Shown piece after piece: positions 10,003-17,704 of a DNA stretch of 23,496 bases; within the stretch, counting starts at the first letter, position 1, and each line of letters begins with the position of its first letter. Source of the DNA: Archangiaceae bacterium (GTDB taxonomy: Bacteria; Myxococcota; Myxococcia; Myxococcales; Myxococcaceae). The stretch is from the NCBI GenBank assembly GCA_043750125.1, contig JAYVCD010000267.1, forward strand, positions 1 to 23,496. The letters are read 5' to 3'. The notes under the pieces are model-generated. The model searched no databases, was not told the origin of the DNA, and was given only the letters and a program-made list of their open reading frames with translations. The translations under genes and the position numbers were made by a program.

Positions 10003-10997
10003 GGCCGCTCTACCTTCACAGCGTCGGGCACTTTCACCCCGAGAACGTGATCGACAACTCGCTGCTCGAGGATCTCGACATCGGGACCAGCGACGAGTGG
10101 ATCGTCGAACGGGTCGGGATTCGCACCCGCCGCACCGTGCTGCCCATCGACTACATCCGCACCACCCGCAACGCAGACTTGCGCGCCGGGCAAGAGGCCG
10201 CGCTCTACACCAACGTCGAGACCGGAAGACGCGCGGGCCTGGCTGCGCTCGAGCGCGCGGGCCTCAAGCCCGAAGACATCGGAATGGTCGTCGCCGGGGG
10301 CTGCACCCCCGAGATGCAGATTCCTTCCGAGGCCTGTCGCATCGCCCACGCGCTCGGCATCGAGGCCCCCGCGCTGGACATCAACTCGGCGTGCTCCAGC
10401 TTCGGAGCCCAGCTTCACCTGCTGGGGATGATGAGCCCGCTGCCGAAATTCGTGATGGTGGTGAACCCCGAAAACACCACCCGGGTCGTCGACTATGCCG
10501 ACCGTTCGGCTGCGGTGTTGTGGGGCGATGCGACCACCGCGGCGATCGTCTCGACCGAGGTTCCGGCGCGACTGAAGATCGTCGCCACGATGCTCAACTC
10601 TTCTCCCACCGGGTGGGGCCAGGTCACCGTGCCGCGCTTCGGTCACTTCGCGCAGAACGGCAGCGCGGTGCAGCGCTTTGCAATCAAGACCACCCTGGTC
10701 TGTCTCAACCAGCTGCTTCCCGCCGCGCGCGAGCGGGCCGCTGCGACCGGTGGCCAGGTGAAATTCATCGGCCACCAGGCCAACGGCTTGATGCTCGATT
10801 CGGTGATTCGTCGTGCAGAAATTGCGCCGCACAATCACCTTCACAACGTCCTCGATTTTGGAAATACAGGAGCCGCGGGAGCGCCCAGCGTTTTGTCTGG
10901 CGCTTGGGACAAGCTCGTCGACGGCGACACGGTGGTGCTGGTGGTCGTGGGCTCGGGTCTGACCTGGGCGGGCATGCAGATCAACGTGGGAGCCTGA
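9999..10997 (+). CDS. fabH: 3-oxoacyl-ACP synthase III family protein
   Basis: TSDEWIVERVGIRTRR; Cys-His-Asn triad in DINSACSSF, GHQAN and FGNTGAA. Confidence 0.88.
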   Translation: MRPLYLHSVGHFHPENVIDNSLLEDLDIGTSDEWIVERVGIRTRRTVLPIDYIRTTRNADLRAGQEAALYTNVETGRRAGLAALERAGLKPEDIGMVVAGGCTPEMQIPSEACRIAHALGIEAPALDINSACSSFGAQLHLLGMMSPLPKFVMVVNPENTTRVVDYADRSAAVLWGDATTAAIVSTEVPARLKIVATMLNSSPTGWGQVTVPRFGHFAQNGSAVQRFAIKTTLVCLNQLLPAARERAAATGGQVKFIGHQANGLMLDSVIRRAEIAPHNHLHNVLDFGNTGAAGAPSVLSGAWDKLVDGDTVVLVVVGSGLTWAGMQINVGA

Positions 10998-11002
10998 AAA
11001 AA

Positions 11003-11599
11003 ATGAAGTACGCGGAATTCATCGAGCGTGGCAGCTACTCCCGAGAGGAGCTGTTCGGTCTGTCGCAGGGCAACCTGGTCGATGATCCTCCGGCCGAGTT
11101 CATTCGGTTGCCCGCGCCTCCGATGTTGATGGTCGATCGCGTCGTCGAACTGCAGCGCAACGGCGCGCGCGGAAAAATCGTCGGCGAGCAGGACATTCAC
11201 CTCACCGACTGGTTCTTCCAGTGTCACTTCCGCGGCGACCCGGTTCAGCCCGGCTGCCTCGGAGTCGATGCGGTGTGGCAGCTGGTCGGCCTCTACTGCG
11301 CCGCCGCCGGAGCTCCGGGTTCGGGCCGCGCGCTCGGCTGCAAAGAGGTCGAGTTCTCGGGGCAGATTCGCCCGTACAACAAGGTCGTTCGCTACGAAGT
11401 CGAGATCCGCCGGTTCTCGCAGCTCAAAGAATCGGGCTCGGCGGTCGCGGTCGGCACCGCGAAGGTGCTCGTCGACGGCGAGCTCATCTACCTGGTGAAG
11501 GACGCGAAGGTCGGAATGTTCCGGGGAATCAACTACCCCGACTACCCGAAGAAGTCGCAGAACAGCGTCGGCGGAATCATGGACCGGAGTCAGGGCTGA
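11003..11599 (+). CDS. fabA: 3-hydroxyacyl-ACP dehydratase/trans-2-cis-3 isomerase, FabA type
   Basis: Real start ATG 11003 inside track ORF 9959..11599. LPAPPMLMVDR, WFFQCHFRGDPVQPGCLGVDAVWQ (His plus FabA-type Asp), GRALG..EVEFSGQI. Confidence 0.88.
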   Translation: MKYAEFIERGSYSREELFGLSQGNLVDDPPAEFIRLPAPPMLMVDRVVELQRNGARGKIVGEQDIHLTDWFFQCHFRGDPVQPGCLGVDAVWQLVGLYCAAAGAPGSGRALGCKEVEFSGQIRPYNKVVRYEVEIRRFSQLKESGSAVAVGTAKVLVDGELIYLVKDAKVGMFRGINYPDYPKKSQNSVGGIMDRSQG

Positions 11600-12057
11600 T
11601 GCTGACTGCGCACGAAGTGCTCGAGCTGATTCCGCAGCAAAAGCCCTTTCGATTCATCGACGCGCTGGTCGAGCTCACCGATTCTCGCGCGGTCGGCGAG
11701 TACACCTACCGGCCCGACGAGTCTTTCTACCCCGGACACTTTCCCGGAAACCCGGTGACCCCCGGGGTGATCCTGATCGAGACGATGTGCCAGACCGGCC
11801 TCGTCGCGCTGGGCATCTACCTGCTGGGGCTCGAGCTGCCGAAATCCGAGGTCGCCAAAACGGTCACCCTCTTCACCGACTCGGAAGTCGAGTTCGAGCG
11901 GGTGGTGAAGCCGGGCGACAAGGTGCGGGTGACGGCCGAGAAGATTTTCTGGCGGCGGCGAAAGCTGAAGTCGAACGTGGTGCTGACGCTGGCCGATGGA
12001 ACGCCGGTCGCCAAGGGCACCGTTGCAGGCATGGGAGTCAGCCGTGACAACTTCTGA
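11599..12057 (+). CDS. fabZ: 3-hydroxyacyl-ACP dehydratase, FabZ-like
   Basis: ATG 11599 overlaps the fabA stop (TGATG). IPQQKPFRFID and GHFPGNPVTPGVILIETMCQ (His plus FabZ-type Glu). Confidence 0.85.
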   Translation: MLTAHEVLELIPQQKPFRFIDALVELTDSRAVGEYTYRPDESFYPGHFPGNPVTPGVILIETMCQTGLVALGIYLLGLELPKSEVAKTVTLFTDSEVEFERVVKPGDKVRVTAEKIFWRRRKLKSNVVLTLADGTPVAKGTVAGMGVSRDNF

Positions 12058-13321
12058 GCGGGTGGTGGTGACGGGCCTGGGGGTGTTGGCGCCCAACGGT
12101 CATGGGCTGCAGGCGTTCGCCGGCGCGCTGCGCGAAGGCAAAAGCGGGATCAAGTTCCACCAGCACCTGGCCGACGCGAACTTCGGCTGCCAGGTCGGCG
12201 GCATTCCCGAAGGCGTCGACGTCCTCGCCAAGACGTACCTCACCGACGAAGAGCTGCTCGCGATGAACCCGAACATGATCTACGCGGCGATCGCGGCGAT
12301 CGACGCGTATACCGACGCCGGGTTCAAGCGCGTGCCCGCCGACGTGGACGAGGTCGACTGGGACACCGGGGCGATCATCGGCACCGGCATCGGCGGCATC
12401 GACACCATCGCCGAGAAGCTGGGCCCGAAGACGGACCAGGGAAAAGTCAGCCGGCTGGGCAGCACGATGGTCGAGCAGATCATGTCCAGCGGCAACAGCG
12501 CGCGCGTCGCCGGGCTGCTGGGGCTGGGCAACCAGGTGAGTTCGAACTCGAGCGCGTGCAACACCGGCACCGAAGCGGTGGTCGACGCCTACTTCCGAAT
12601 TCGGGAAGGGCGCGCGAAGCGAATGCTCGCCGGCGGCTCGGAAGGCCACAGCAAGTACATCTGGGCCGGCTTCGACGCGATGAAGGTCCTGAACCGGACG
12701 AAGAACGCGACCCCGGCCGAAGCCTCGCGGCCGATGAGCGCCAGCGCGGCGGGCTTCATTCCCGGCTCGGGCGCCGGGGTGCTGATGCTCGAGAGCCTGT
12801 CCAGCGCGCAGGCCCGGGGGGCGCGGATCTACGCCGAGATTCTCAGCGGGTTCGTCAACTGCGGCGGGCATCGCATGGGGGGCAGCATGACCGCTCCGAA
12901 CCCGACCAGCGTGCAGCGCTGCATTCAGGGCGCGGTGGCGATGGCGAAGATTCGCCCCGAGCAGATTGGGGCGATCAACGGGCACCTCACCGCCACGTTT
13001 GCCGACCCGCACGAAGTAGACAACTGGCAGAAGGCGCTCGGCCTCGCGCCCGAGAAGATGCCGTTGATCCACTCGACCAAGTCGCTGATCGGCCACGCGC
13101 TCGGAGCGGCAGGCGGAATCGAGTGCGTCACCAGCATTCTCGAGCTGCACCATTCCTTCGTCCACGGCTCGATCAACTGCGAGGACCTGCACCCCGGGCT
13201 GACCGCGTTCGCCAGCCGGATTCCGCACCGCACCGTCGACGTCCCCGATTTGAAGATCGTCGCCAAGGCCAGCTTCGGGTTCGGCGACGTCAACGGGTGC
13301 GTCATTTTTCAAAAGTTCTAG
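12044..13321 (+). CDS. Beta-ketoacyl-ACP synthase (FabF/FabB family, divergent)
   Basis: GTG 12044 preceded by GGAG. RVVVTGLG; Cys-His-His triad in SSACNTG, INGHLTAT and KSLIGHALGAAG; C-terminal SFGFGDVN. Confidence 0.9.
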   Translation: MTTSERVVVTGLGVLAPNGHGLQAFAGALREGKSGIKFHQHLADANFGCQVGGIPEGVDVLAKTYLTDEELLAMNPNMIYAAIAAIDAYTDAGFKRVPADVDEVDWDTGAIIGTGIGGIDTIAEKLGPKTDQGKVSRLGSTMVEQIMSSGNSARVAGLLGLGNQVSSNSSACNTGTEAVVDAYFRIREGRAKRMLAGGSEGHSKYIWAGFDAMKVLNRTKNATPAEASRPMSASAAGFIPGSGAGVLMLESLSSAQARGARIYAEILSGFVNCGGHRMGGSMTAPNPTSVQRCIQGAVAMAKIRPEQIGAINGHLTATFADPHEVDNWQKALGLAPEKMPLIHSTKSLIGHALGAAGGIECVTSILELHHSFVHGSINCEDLHPGLTAFASRIPHRTVDVPDLKIVAKASFGFGDVNGCVIFQKF

Positions 13322-13351
13322 CCACAGCAACGCCACCACAACGAGGAAGTC

Positions 13352-13600
13352 ATGGAACAACAGGAAGTGATGGGCAAGGTCGTCGACATTCTGCGGCCGT
13401 TCGTGAAGAACCCGACCGCTCTCGCCGGAATCTCGATGGACACTTCGATCCTCAAGGACTTGAAGGTCAACTCGGCGCGGCTGGTCGACATCGTGCTCGA
13501 GATCGAAGACGCGTTTGGGATTGCGGTCACCGATGAAGCCGCAGACCAGGTGAAGACGGTCGGCGACGCGGTGTCGTTGATTCTCAAGACCAAGGTGTGA
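13352..13600 (+). CDS. Acyl carrier protein with atypical attachment motif
   Basis: 82 aa; GAGGA RBS; DLKVNS41ARLVDIVLEIEDAFGIAVTDEAADQVKTVGDAV matches the ACP helix II-IV pattern. Confidence 0.9.
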   Translation: MEQQEVMGKVVDILRPFVKNPTALAGISMDTSILKDLKVNSARLVDIVLEIEDAFGIAVTDEAADQVKTVGDAVSLILKTKV

Positions 13601-13607
13601 GCGAGGC

Positions 13608-14192
13608 TTGAGGCGGGTCGGCAACGACGTTGTGGATCTCGAGGACCCGGCGATCGCGCAAACGCACCTGCGCGAGCGGTTCGTCGCCCGGGTGTGCAGC
13701 GAATCCGAACGGGCGTTGCTGGCACGCTCTGCCGCGCCGAAGGTGTTGCTGTGGAGCCTGTTTGCCGCGAAGGAAGCGGCCTTCAAGGCGCTCTCGAAGT
13801 CCGGGCCGCTGGTCTTTGCCCATCGCCGGTTCGTCGTCTCTGCGGATCTGCGCTCTGTGAGCTACGACAAGCAGGTGCTCTGGGCGCGGGTGGATCTCGA
13901 CGGACCTTGTCTTCATGCGATTGCGTGGACCGACGATGAAATGCCGGTGTCTGGAGTCGAACAGATTTCTCCCGGGGTGGACGCGAGCGCCGCCGCCCGG
14001 GCGTTGCTGGTGCGAAGTCTGGGCGGCGGGGGGCTCACCGTCGAGCGCGCGCCGCTGCCGGGCAGCTGGAATGGATATGGACCTCCGAAGTTGTTTCGCG
14101 ATGGGCTCGAAGTGAGCCTCGACATCAGCCTCTCTCATGACGGTCGCTTCGTAGGGTTTGCTGCCGATTCGTCTGGCGCGGAGAAACGATGA
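13608..14192 (+). CDS. 4'-phosphopantetheinyl transferase
   Basis: VGNDVVD, WSLFAAKEAAFKA and DISLSHDG motifs; directly after the ACP; TTG start. Confidence 0.85.
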   Translation: MRRVGNDVVDLEDPAIAQTHLRERFVARVCSESERALLARSAAPKVLLWSLFAAKEAAFKALSKSGPLVFAHRRFVVSADLRSVSYDKQVLWARVDLDGPCLHAIAWTDDEMPVSGVEQISPGVDASAAARALLVRSLGGGGLTVERAPLPGSWNGYGPPKLFRDGLEVSLDISLSHDGRFVGFAADSSGAEKR

Positions 14193-15196
14193 AGAAAGTG
14201 CTGCTGGTCCTGATGGTGCTGGCTGTGCTCGCGGTGGGCGGCGGGTTCTTCTGGCTGGAAAGGTCGGTGGCTTCGCCGGTCGGGCCCTCGACCGCGCCCG
14301 ATTCAGAGTTCACCGTGGCCAGGGGCACCAGCGCCCGCGCGCTCGGGCCCGCGTTGGTTCAGCAGGGGCTGATTTCGAACGCCAACGTCTGGCGGTATTT
14401 CCTCTGGCGCCGCGGAAGCTTGAACGCGAAAGCCGGTCGCCACGCGGTCAGCCCGCGGCTGTCGATGGCCCAGCTCGCCACCGCGCTGGAAGGAGTTCCG
14501 ATTCCGGACGACGTTCCGTTCATCGTGATTGAAGGGTGGCGGCTGCGCGACATCGACAAGGCCCTGGTAGAGAGGGGGTGGGCGAAGCCGGGCGAGTACA
14601 TCAAGGCGGCCAGCGAGCCGCTGAAGTTCAAGGCGGTCTTTCCCCTCCCGCCGGGCACGCTCGAAGGCTACCTCTACCCCGAGACCTACCAGGTGCCGGT
14701 GGCCGGGGTGGATCTGCACACCTTGATTCAGCGGCAGCTCGACACTTTCGGTGAGCGGTTTTTCATTCCGAACAAGGAAGAGGTTCAGAAGTCGGGGCGC
14801 TCGCTGCATGAGCTGGTCACGATGGCGTCGATGCTCGAGCGCGAAGAGCCCACCCCGTCTCAGCGGCCGACCGTGGCTGGAATTCTGTGGAAGCGGTTCG
14901 ACAAGAAGACCGCGCTCGGGGTCGACGCCACCAGCCGCTACGAGCTCGAAGAGTGGAACGACAAGAAGGCATTTCTGGTCAAGCTGCGCGACAAAGACGA
15001 CCCCTGGAACTCGCGTTTCCGGGTCGGGTTGCCGCCCGGACCCCTGGGAGCGCCGACGGTCGCGTCGCTGCTCGCCGCCGCGCGGCCGGAAGTCAATCCG
15101 TTCTGGTACTACCTGCACGACGCGACGAAGAAGCTGCACCCCTCGAAGAACGCCGCCGAGCACGAAGCGCTTCGCGCGCAGTTCAACGTCTACTGA
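14189..15196 (+). CDS. mltG: Endolytic transglycosylase MltG (YceG family)
   Basis: N-terminal TM anchor, IEGWRL, LEGYLYPETY, ASMLERE (catalytic Glu), GLPPGP. Confidence 0.92.
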   Translation: MKKVLLVLMVLAVLAVGGGFFWLERSVASPVGPSTAPDSEFTVARGTSARALGPALVQQGLISNANVWRYFLWRRGSLNAKAGRHAVSPRLSMAQLATALEGVPIPDDVPFIVIEGWRLRDIDKALVERGWAKPGEYIKAASEPLKFKAVFPLPPGTLEGYLYPETYQVPVAGVDLHTLIQRQLDTFGERFFIPNKEEVQKSGRSLHELVTMASMLEREEPTPSQRPTVAGILWKRFDKKTALGVDATSRYELEEWNDKKAFLVKLRDKDDPWNSRFRVGLPPGPLGAPTVASLLAAARPEVNPFWYYLHDATKKLHPSKNAAEHEALRAQFNVY

Positions 15197-15217
15197 ACCC
15201 CACGACAGTGGGTTGAG

Positions 15218-15247
15218 TTGACGCGGACGTACATGCGTACGTACGTT
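15218..15247 (+). promoter_or_regulatory. Sigma70-type promoter with overlapping operator palindrome for the TA operon
   Basis: TTGACG (15218-15223), 18 nt, TACGTT (15242-15247). Inverted repeat ACGTAC-atgc-GTACGT (15227-15242) in the spacer. ATG lies 7 nt after the -10 with no SD, consistent with a leaderless mRNA. Confidence 0.65.
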
Positions 15248-15254
15248 TTGCGCC

Positions 15255-15494
15255 ATGAAGATGACCGCCACCCGACTGCGCAGCGAGCTCTACCGAATTC
15301 TCGATCGGGTGCTCGAGACCGGGGAATCGGTCGAGATCGTCCGCGCCCGGGGGACCGTGGTCCTCAAAGCTGCCGTGTCCCCGAGCGTGGGTCGAAAGAG
15401 TCGCAAACCCAAGAGCAATCCCGACCTGGTGGTGGGGGACCCTGACGAGCTGATCCACTTCGACTGGTCGAAGCATTGGAAGCCGTTCCTGTGA
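15255..15494 (+). CDS. Phd/YefM-family antitoxin
   Basis: MTATRLRSELYRILDRVLETGESVEIVRARG is a Phd-like N-terminus; GTGA overlap with the PIN gene. Confidence 0.8.
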   Translation: MKMTATRLRSELYRILDRVLETGESVEIVRARGTVVLKAAVSPSVGRKSRKPKSNPDLVVGDPDELIHFDWSKHWKPFL

Positions 15495-15868
15495 TTTTTC
15501 ACCTCGATACCCACGTCGCCGTCTGGTTGCGCATGGGCGATGTTCGAAGACTGCGCCCGATTCGAAAGCATTTGGTGAAGGCGCAGCTGCGGCTCTCGCC
15601 GTTCGTCGTCCTCGAGCTTCAAACCCTGTACGAGATTGGGCGGCTGCGCGAGACGGCGCGCTGGATCTTGGAAAGCCTGAGGTCCGATCATCGCGTCGAG
15701 GTGGACGGGGACGCGGTTGATGCCGCTGCCACCCGGGCGATCGACCTGAGTTTTACCCGAGATCCTTACGACCGGTTGATCGCCGCCCACGCCCTCTGCA
15801 CCGGAGCGACGCTGCTCACCGCGGACGGGAACATCCTCCAGCACGTCTCGTGCGCCCGCTGGGGTTGA
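15491..15868 (+). CDS. vapC: PIN-domain VapC-family toxin
   Basis: GTG 15491; LDTHV, S.FVVLE, RDPYDRLIAAHA and LLTAD acidic PIN residues. Confidence 0.85.
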   Translation: MIFHLDTHVAVWLRMGDVRRLRPIRKHLVKAQLRLSPFVVLELQTLYEIGRLRETARWILESLRSDHRVEVDGDAVDAAATRAIDLSFTRDPYDRLIAAHALCTGATLLTADGNILQHVSCARWG

Positions 15869-15872
15869 CGTC

Positions 15873-16814
15873 CTACTTGTGCTTCTTCGAGTCGCGGGCC
15901 GCGCTGTCCGCCGCCGGAGCCACCTTGGCCTTCAAGTCCTTCGCGCGCAGCAGTTCGATGACCGGCGCGAAGTCTCCCTCGACCGCGACGCCCCAGCCCT
16001 TGCAGCGAAACGCCTCGGCGAGCAGCTTCTGGCCGGCCTCGCTCTTTCCCATCCGGCCGAAGGCGCCGAGCACATCGTTCACCCGCGGGCTGGGAAAGTC
16101 GGACGAGGCGGCGATGACCTCGTTGGGCAGATTGCCAGTCGAGCCGACGACCCGAAAGTCCGTAATCGGCGGAGCGTCCGCGCACCCATCGGCCTTCGCC
16201 GCCGCACCCTCGCTGCCTCCCGCGGCGAAGGTCGCCGCTACGTCGGCCTTCCCCTCGCGCACCGCCTTGCAGGCGCCCGGGTGGTCTCCGGCGAAGGACT
16301 CCGAGACGAAGAACTTGTCCGGGTCGTAGTTTTCTTTTCGCAGCAGCTCGCGGGGAAACAGGTAGCCCGAGGCCGACAGCTTGTTCACCCACACCACCCG
16401 CTTGCCCTTCAGGTCGGCCAGGGTCTTCAAGGGCGAGTCGGCCTTCACCGCAAACACCGAACGGTAGGTCAGCCCCCCATCGCCGCTGCGCATCGCTTTC
16501 GACAGCGCCTGGACGTAGGCGTTTTTCTGCGACGCGCGCACGAAGGCCAGCGGAGTAATCCAGGCGAGGTCGACCGTTCCGCTCGCCAGCGCGTCCGACA
16601 GCTCTTCATACCCGGGCAGGACCACCACGGTGACGGGGCTGCCCAGGGCCGTCGTCAGGTACGGCTCGATCAGCGCCTTGGCGTTCTGCGCCTGCTCGGG
16701 CCCATACGCGGGCGAAATGCCGAGCTTGAGCGGCTTTTTTTCTGCCGGCGTCGCTGCGAGGCCAGTGCAGCTGAAGGCAAGGACGACGGCGAGCACGGCG
16801 CGGGCGGTAGACAT
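15873..16814 (-). CDS. PhnD-like phosphate/phosphite/phosphonate substrate-binding protein
   Basis: Signal peptide; VDLAWITPLAFV, YRSVFAV..DSPLKTLADLKGK, SASGYLFP, FAGDH, PNEVIAA. Confidence 0.82.
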   Translation of the reverse strand: MSTARAVLAVVLAFSCTGLAATPAEKKPLKLGISPAYGPEQAQNAKALIEPYLTTALGSPVTVVVLPGYEELSDALASGTVDLAWITPLAFVRASQKNAYVQALSKAMRSGDGGLTYRSVFAVKADSPLKTLADLKGKRVVWVNKLSASGYLFPRELLRKENYDPDKFFVSESFAGDHPGACKAVREGKADVAATFAAGGSEGAAAKADGCADAPPITDFRVVGSTGNLPNEVIAASSDFPSPRVNDVLGAFGRMGKSEAGQKLLAEAFRCKGWGVAVEGDFAPVIELLRAKDLKAKVAPAADSAARDSKKHK

Positions 16815-16826
16815 GGGGGGCCGTTT

Positions 16827-17696
16827 CTAGCGCAGCCCCTGCGGTCCCCCCGTCGTTTTCTTCCTCGGAAAAACCATCACACAGGCGTCGGGGTGCGGGC
16901 ACACCAGGACGGTCAGGCTCGTGCCGGAAAGCTTGAGCGCCGGCCGGAACCAGGGCTCCTTGCGCAGGTCGTCATCGTTCGAGGCGAGCTCGGGCACCAC
17001 CAGGTCGAGCTCCAGGTAGCCGCCATCGGTCACGTTCGAAAGCGCTGGTCCAAACGAGTACGGCTCGAAGCCTTCCAGCGGCGCCAGGTCGTTATGGAGC
17101 GCGCCGCCATACAGAATCAGCATCTTGTCCGGCAGACCGCCTTCCCCTTTCTCGCGCACCTCGAGCGCCTTCTCTTCGACCTTCTTTCGCACCAACAGCA
17201 GGCTCTTCTCGGCGTCGAGGCTGCCGTCTTTCTCGAGCATCGAACGGTACTCCTCGCAGTCGAGAATCAAGATGTGGTTCGCGATCCCCAGCGCGTACGT
17301 CGCGTCGAGCAGCGTGGTGATTTCGTCCTCGGTGGCCTTGGGCCTTTGGGTCACCTTCTTCACTGCGGTTACCGCGGCCTTCTCGATGTCTCCGCAGCGG
17401 CCATTGGTCATCCAGGTCTCGACCACCAGGGAAGTGGCCTTCCCTTTGAGCGCCGGGAGCAACTGCTGAGTGAAGCGGGACAGCGTGCTCTTCACTTTCG
17501 GCCCCCCTTCAAGCGGGTGGTACTCGCCGAGCGCCAGCACGACGGGCGCGCGCTCGAGGACGCGGTCGAACGCGGCGCGCGGAGTCTTGAACGCTTCACA
17601 CCCGACGGGGCCGCACCAGGGGCCTGCATCGGGCACCGCGCTTAGAAGGCTGAGCGTGATGGGGAAAAAGGAAAGGAACACGGTCTCGACGTACAT
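16827..17696 (-). CDS. Hypothetical, probably exported protein (start may be GTG 17681)
   Basis: Long ORF with GC3-biased codons, hydrophobic N-terminus, PDAGP linker, motifs LALGEYH, LVVETW..GRCG and YGGALHND; co-oriented with the PhnD-like gene (12 nt gap). Confidence 0.7.
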   Translation of the reverse strand: MYVETVFLSFFPITLSLLSAVPDAGPWCGPVGCEAFKTPRAAFDRVLERAPVVLALGEYHPLEGGPKVKSTLSRFTQQLLPALKGKATSLVVETWMTNGRCGDIEKAAVTAVKKVTQRPKATEDEITTLLDATYALGIANHILILDCEEYRSMLEKDGSLDAEKSLLLVRKKVEEKALEVREKGEGGLPDKMLILYGGALHNDLAPLEGFEPYSFGPALSNVTDGGYLELDLVVPELASNDDDLRKEPWFRPALKLSGTSLTVLVCPHPDACVMVFPRKKTTGGPQGLR

Positions 17697-17704
17697 TGCG
17701 CGAA

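Noticed and set aside
9959-11002. Apparent 546-aa FabA fusion
   Set aside because: The N-terminal part is an Arg-rich off-frame read of fabH; the real start is ATG 11003. The same applies to the extended track ORFs for actE (2525), fabZ (11221) and the ECF sigma (23252).
8956-13786. Long antisense ORFs over the fab cluster (330, 357 and 582 aa)
   Set aside because: Same shadow-frame artefact; sense-strand genes carry all catalytic motifs.
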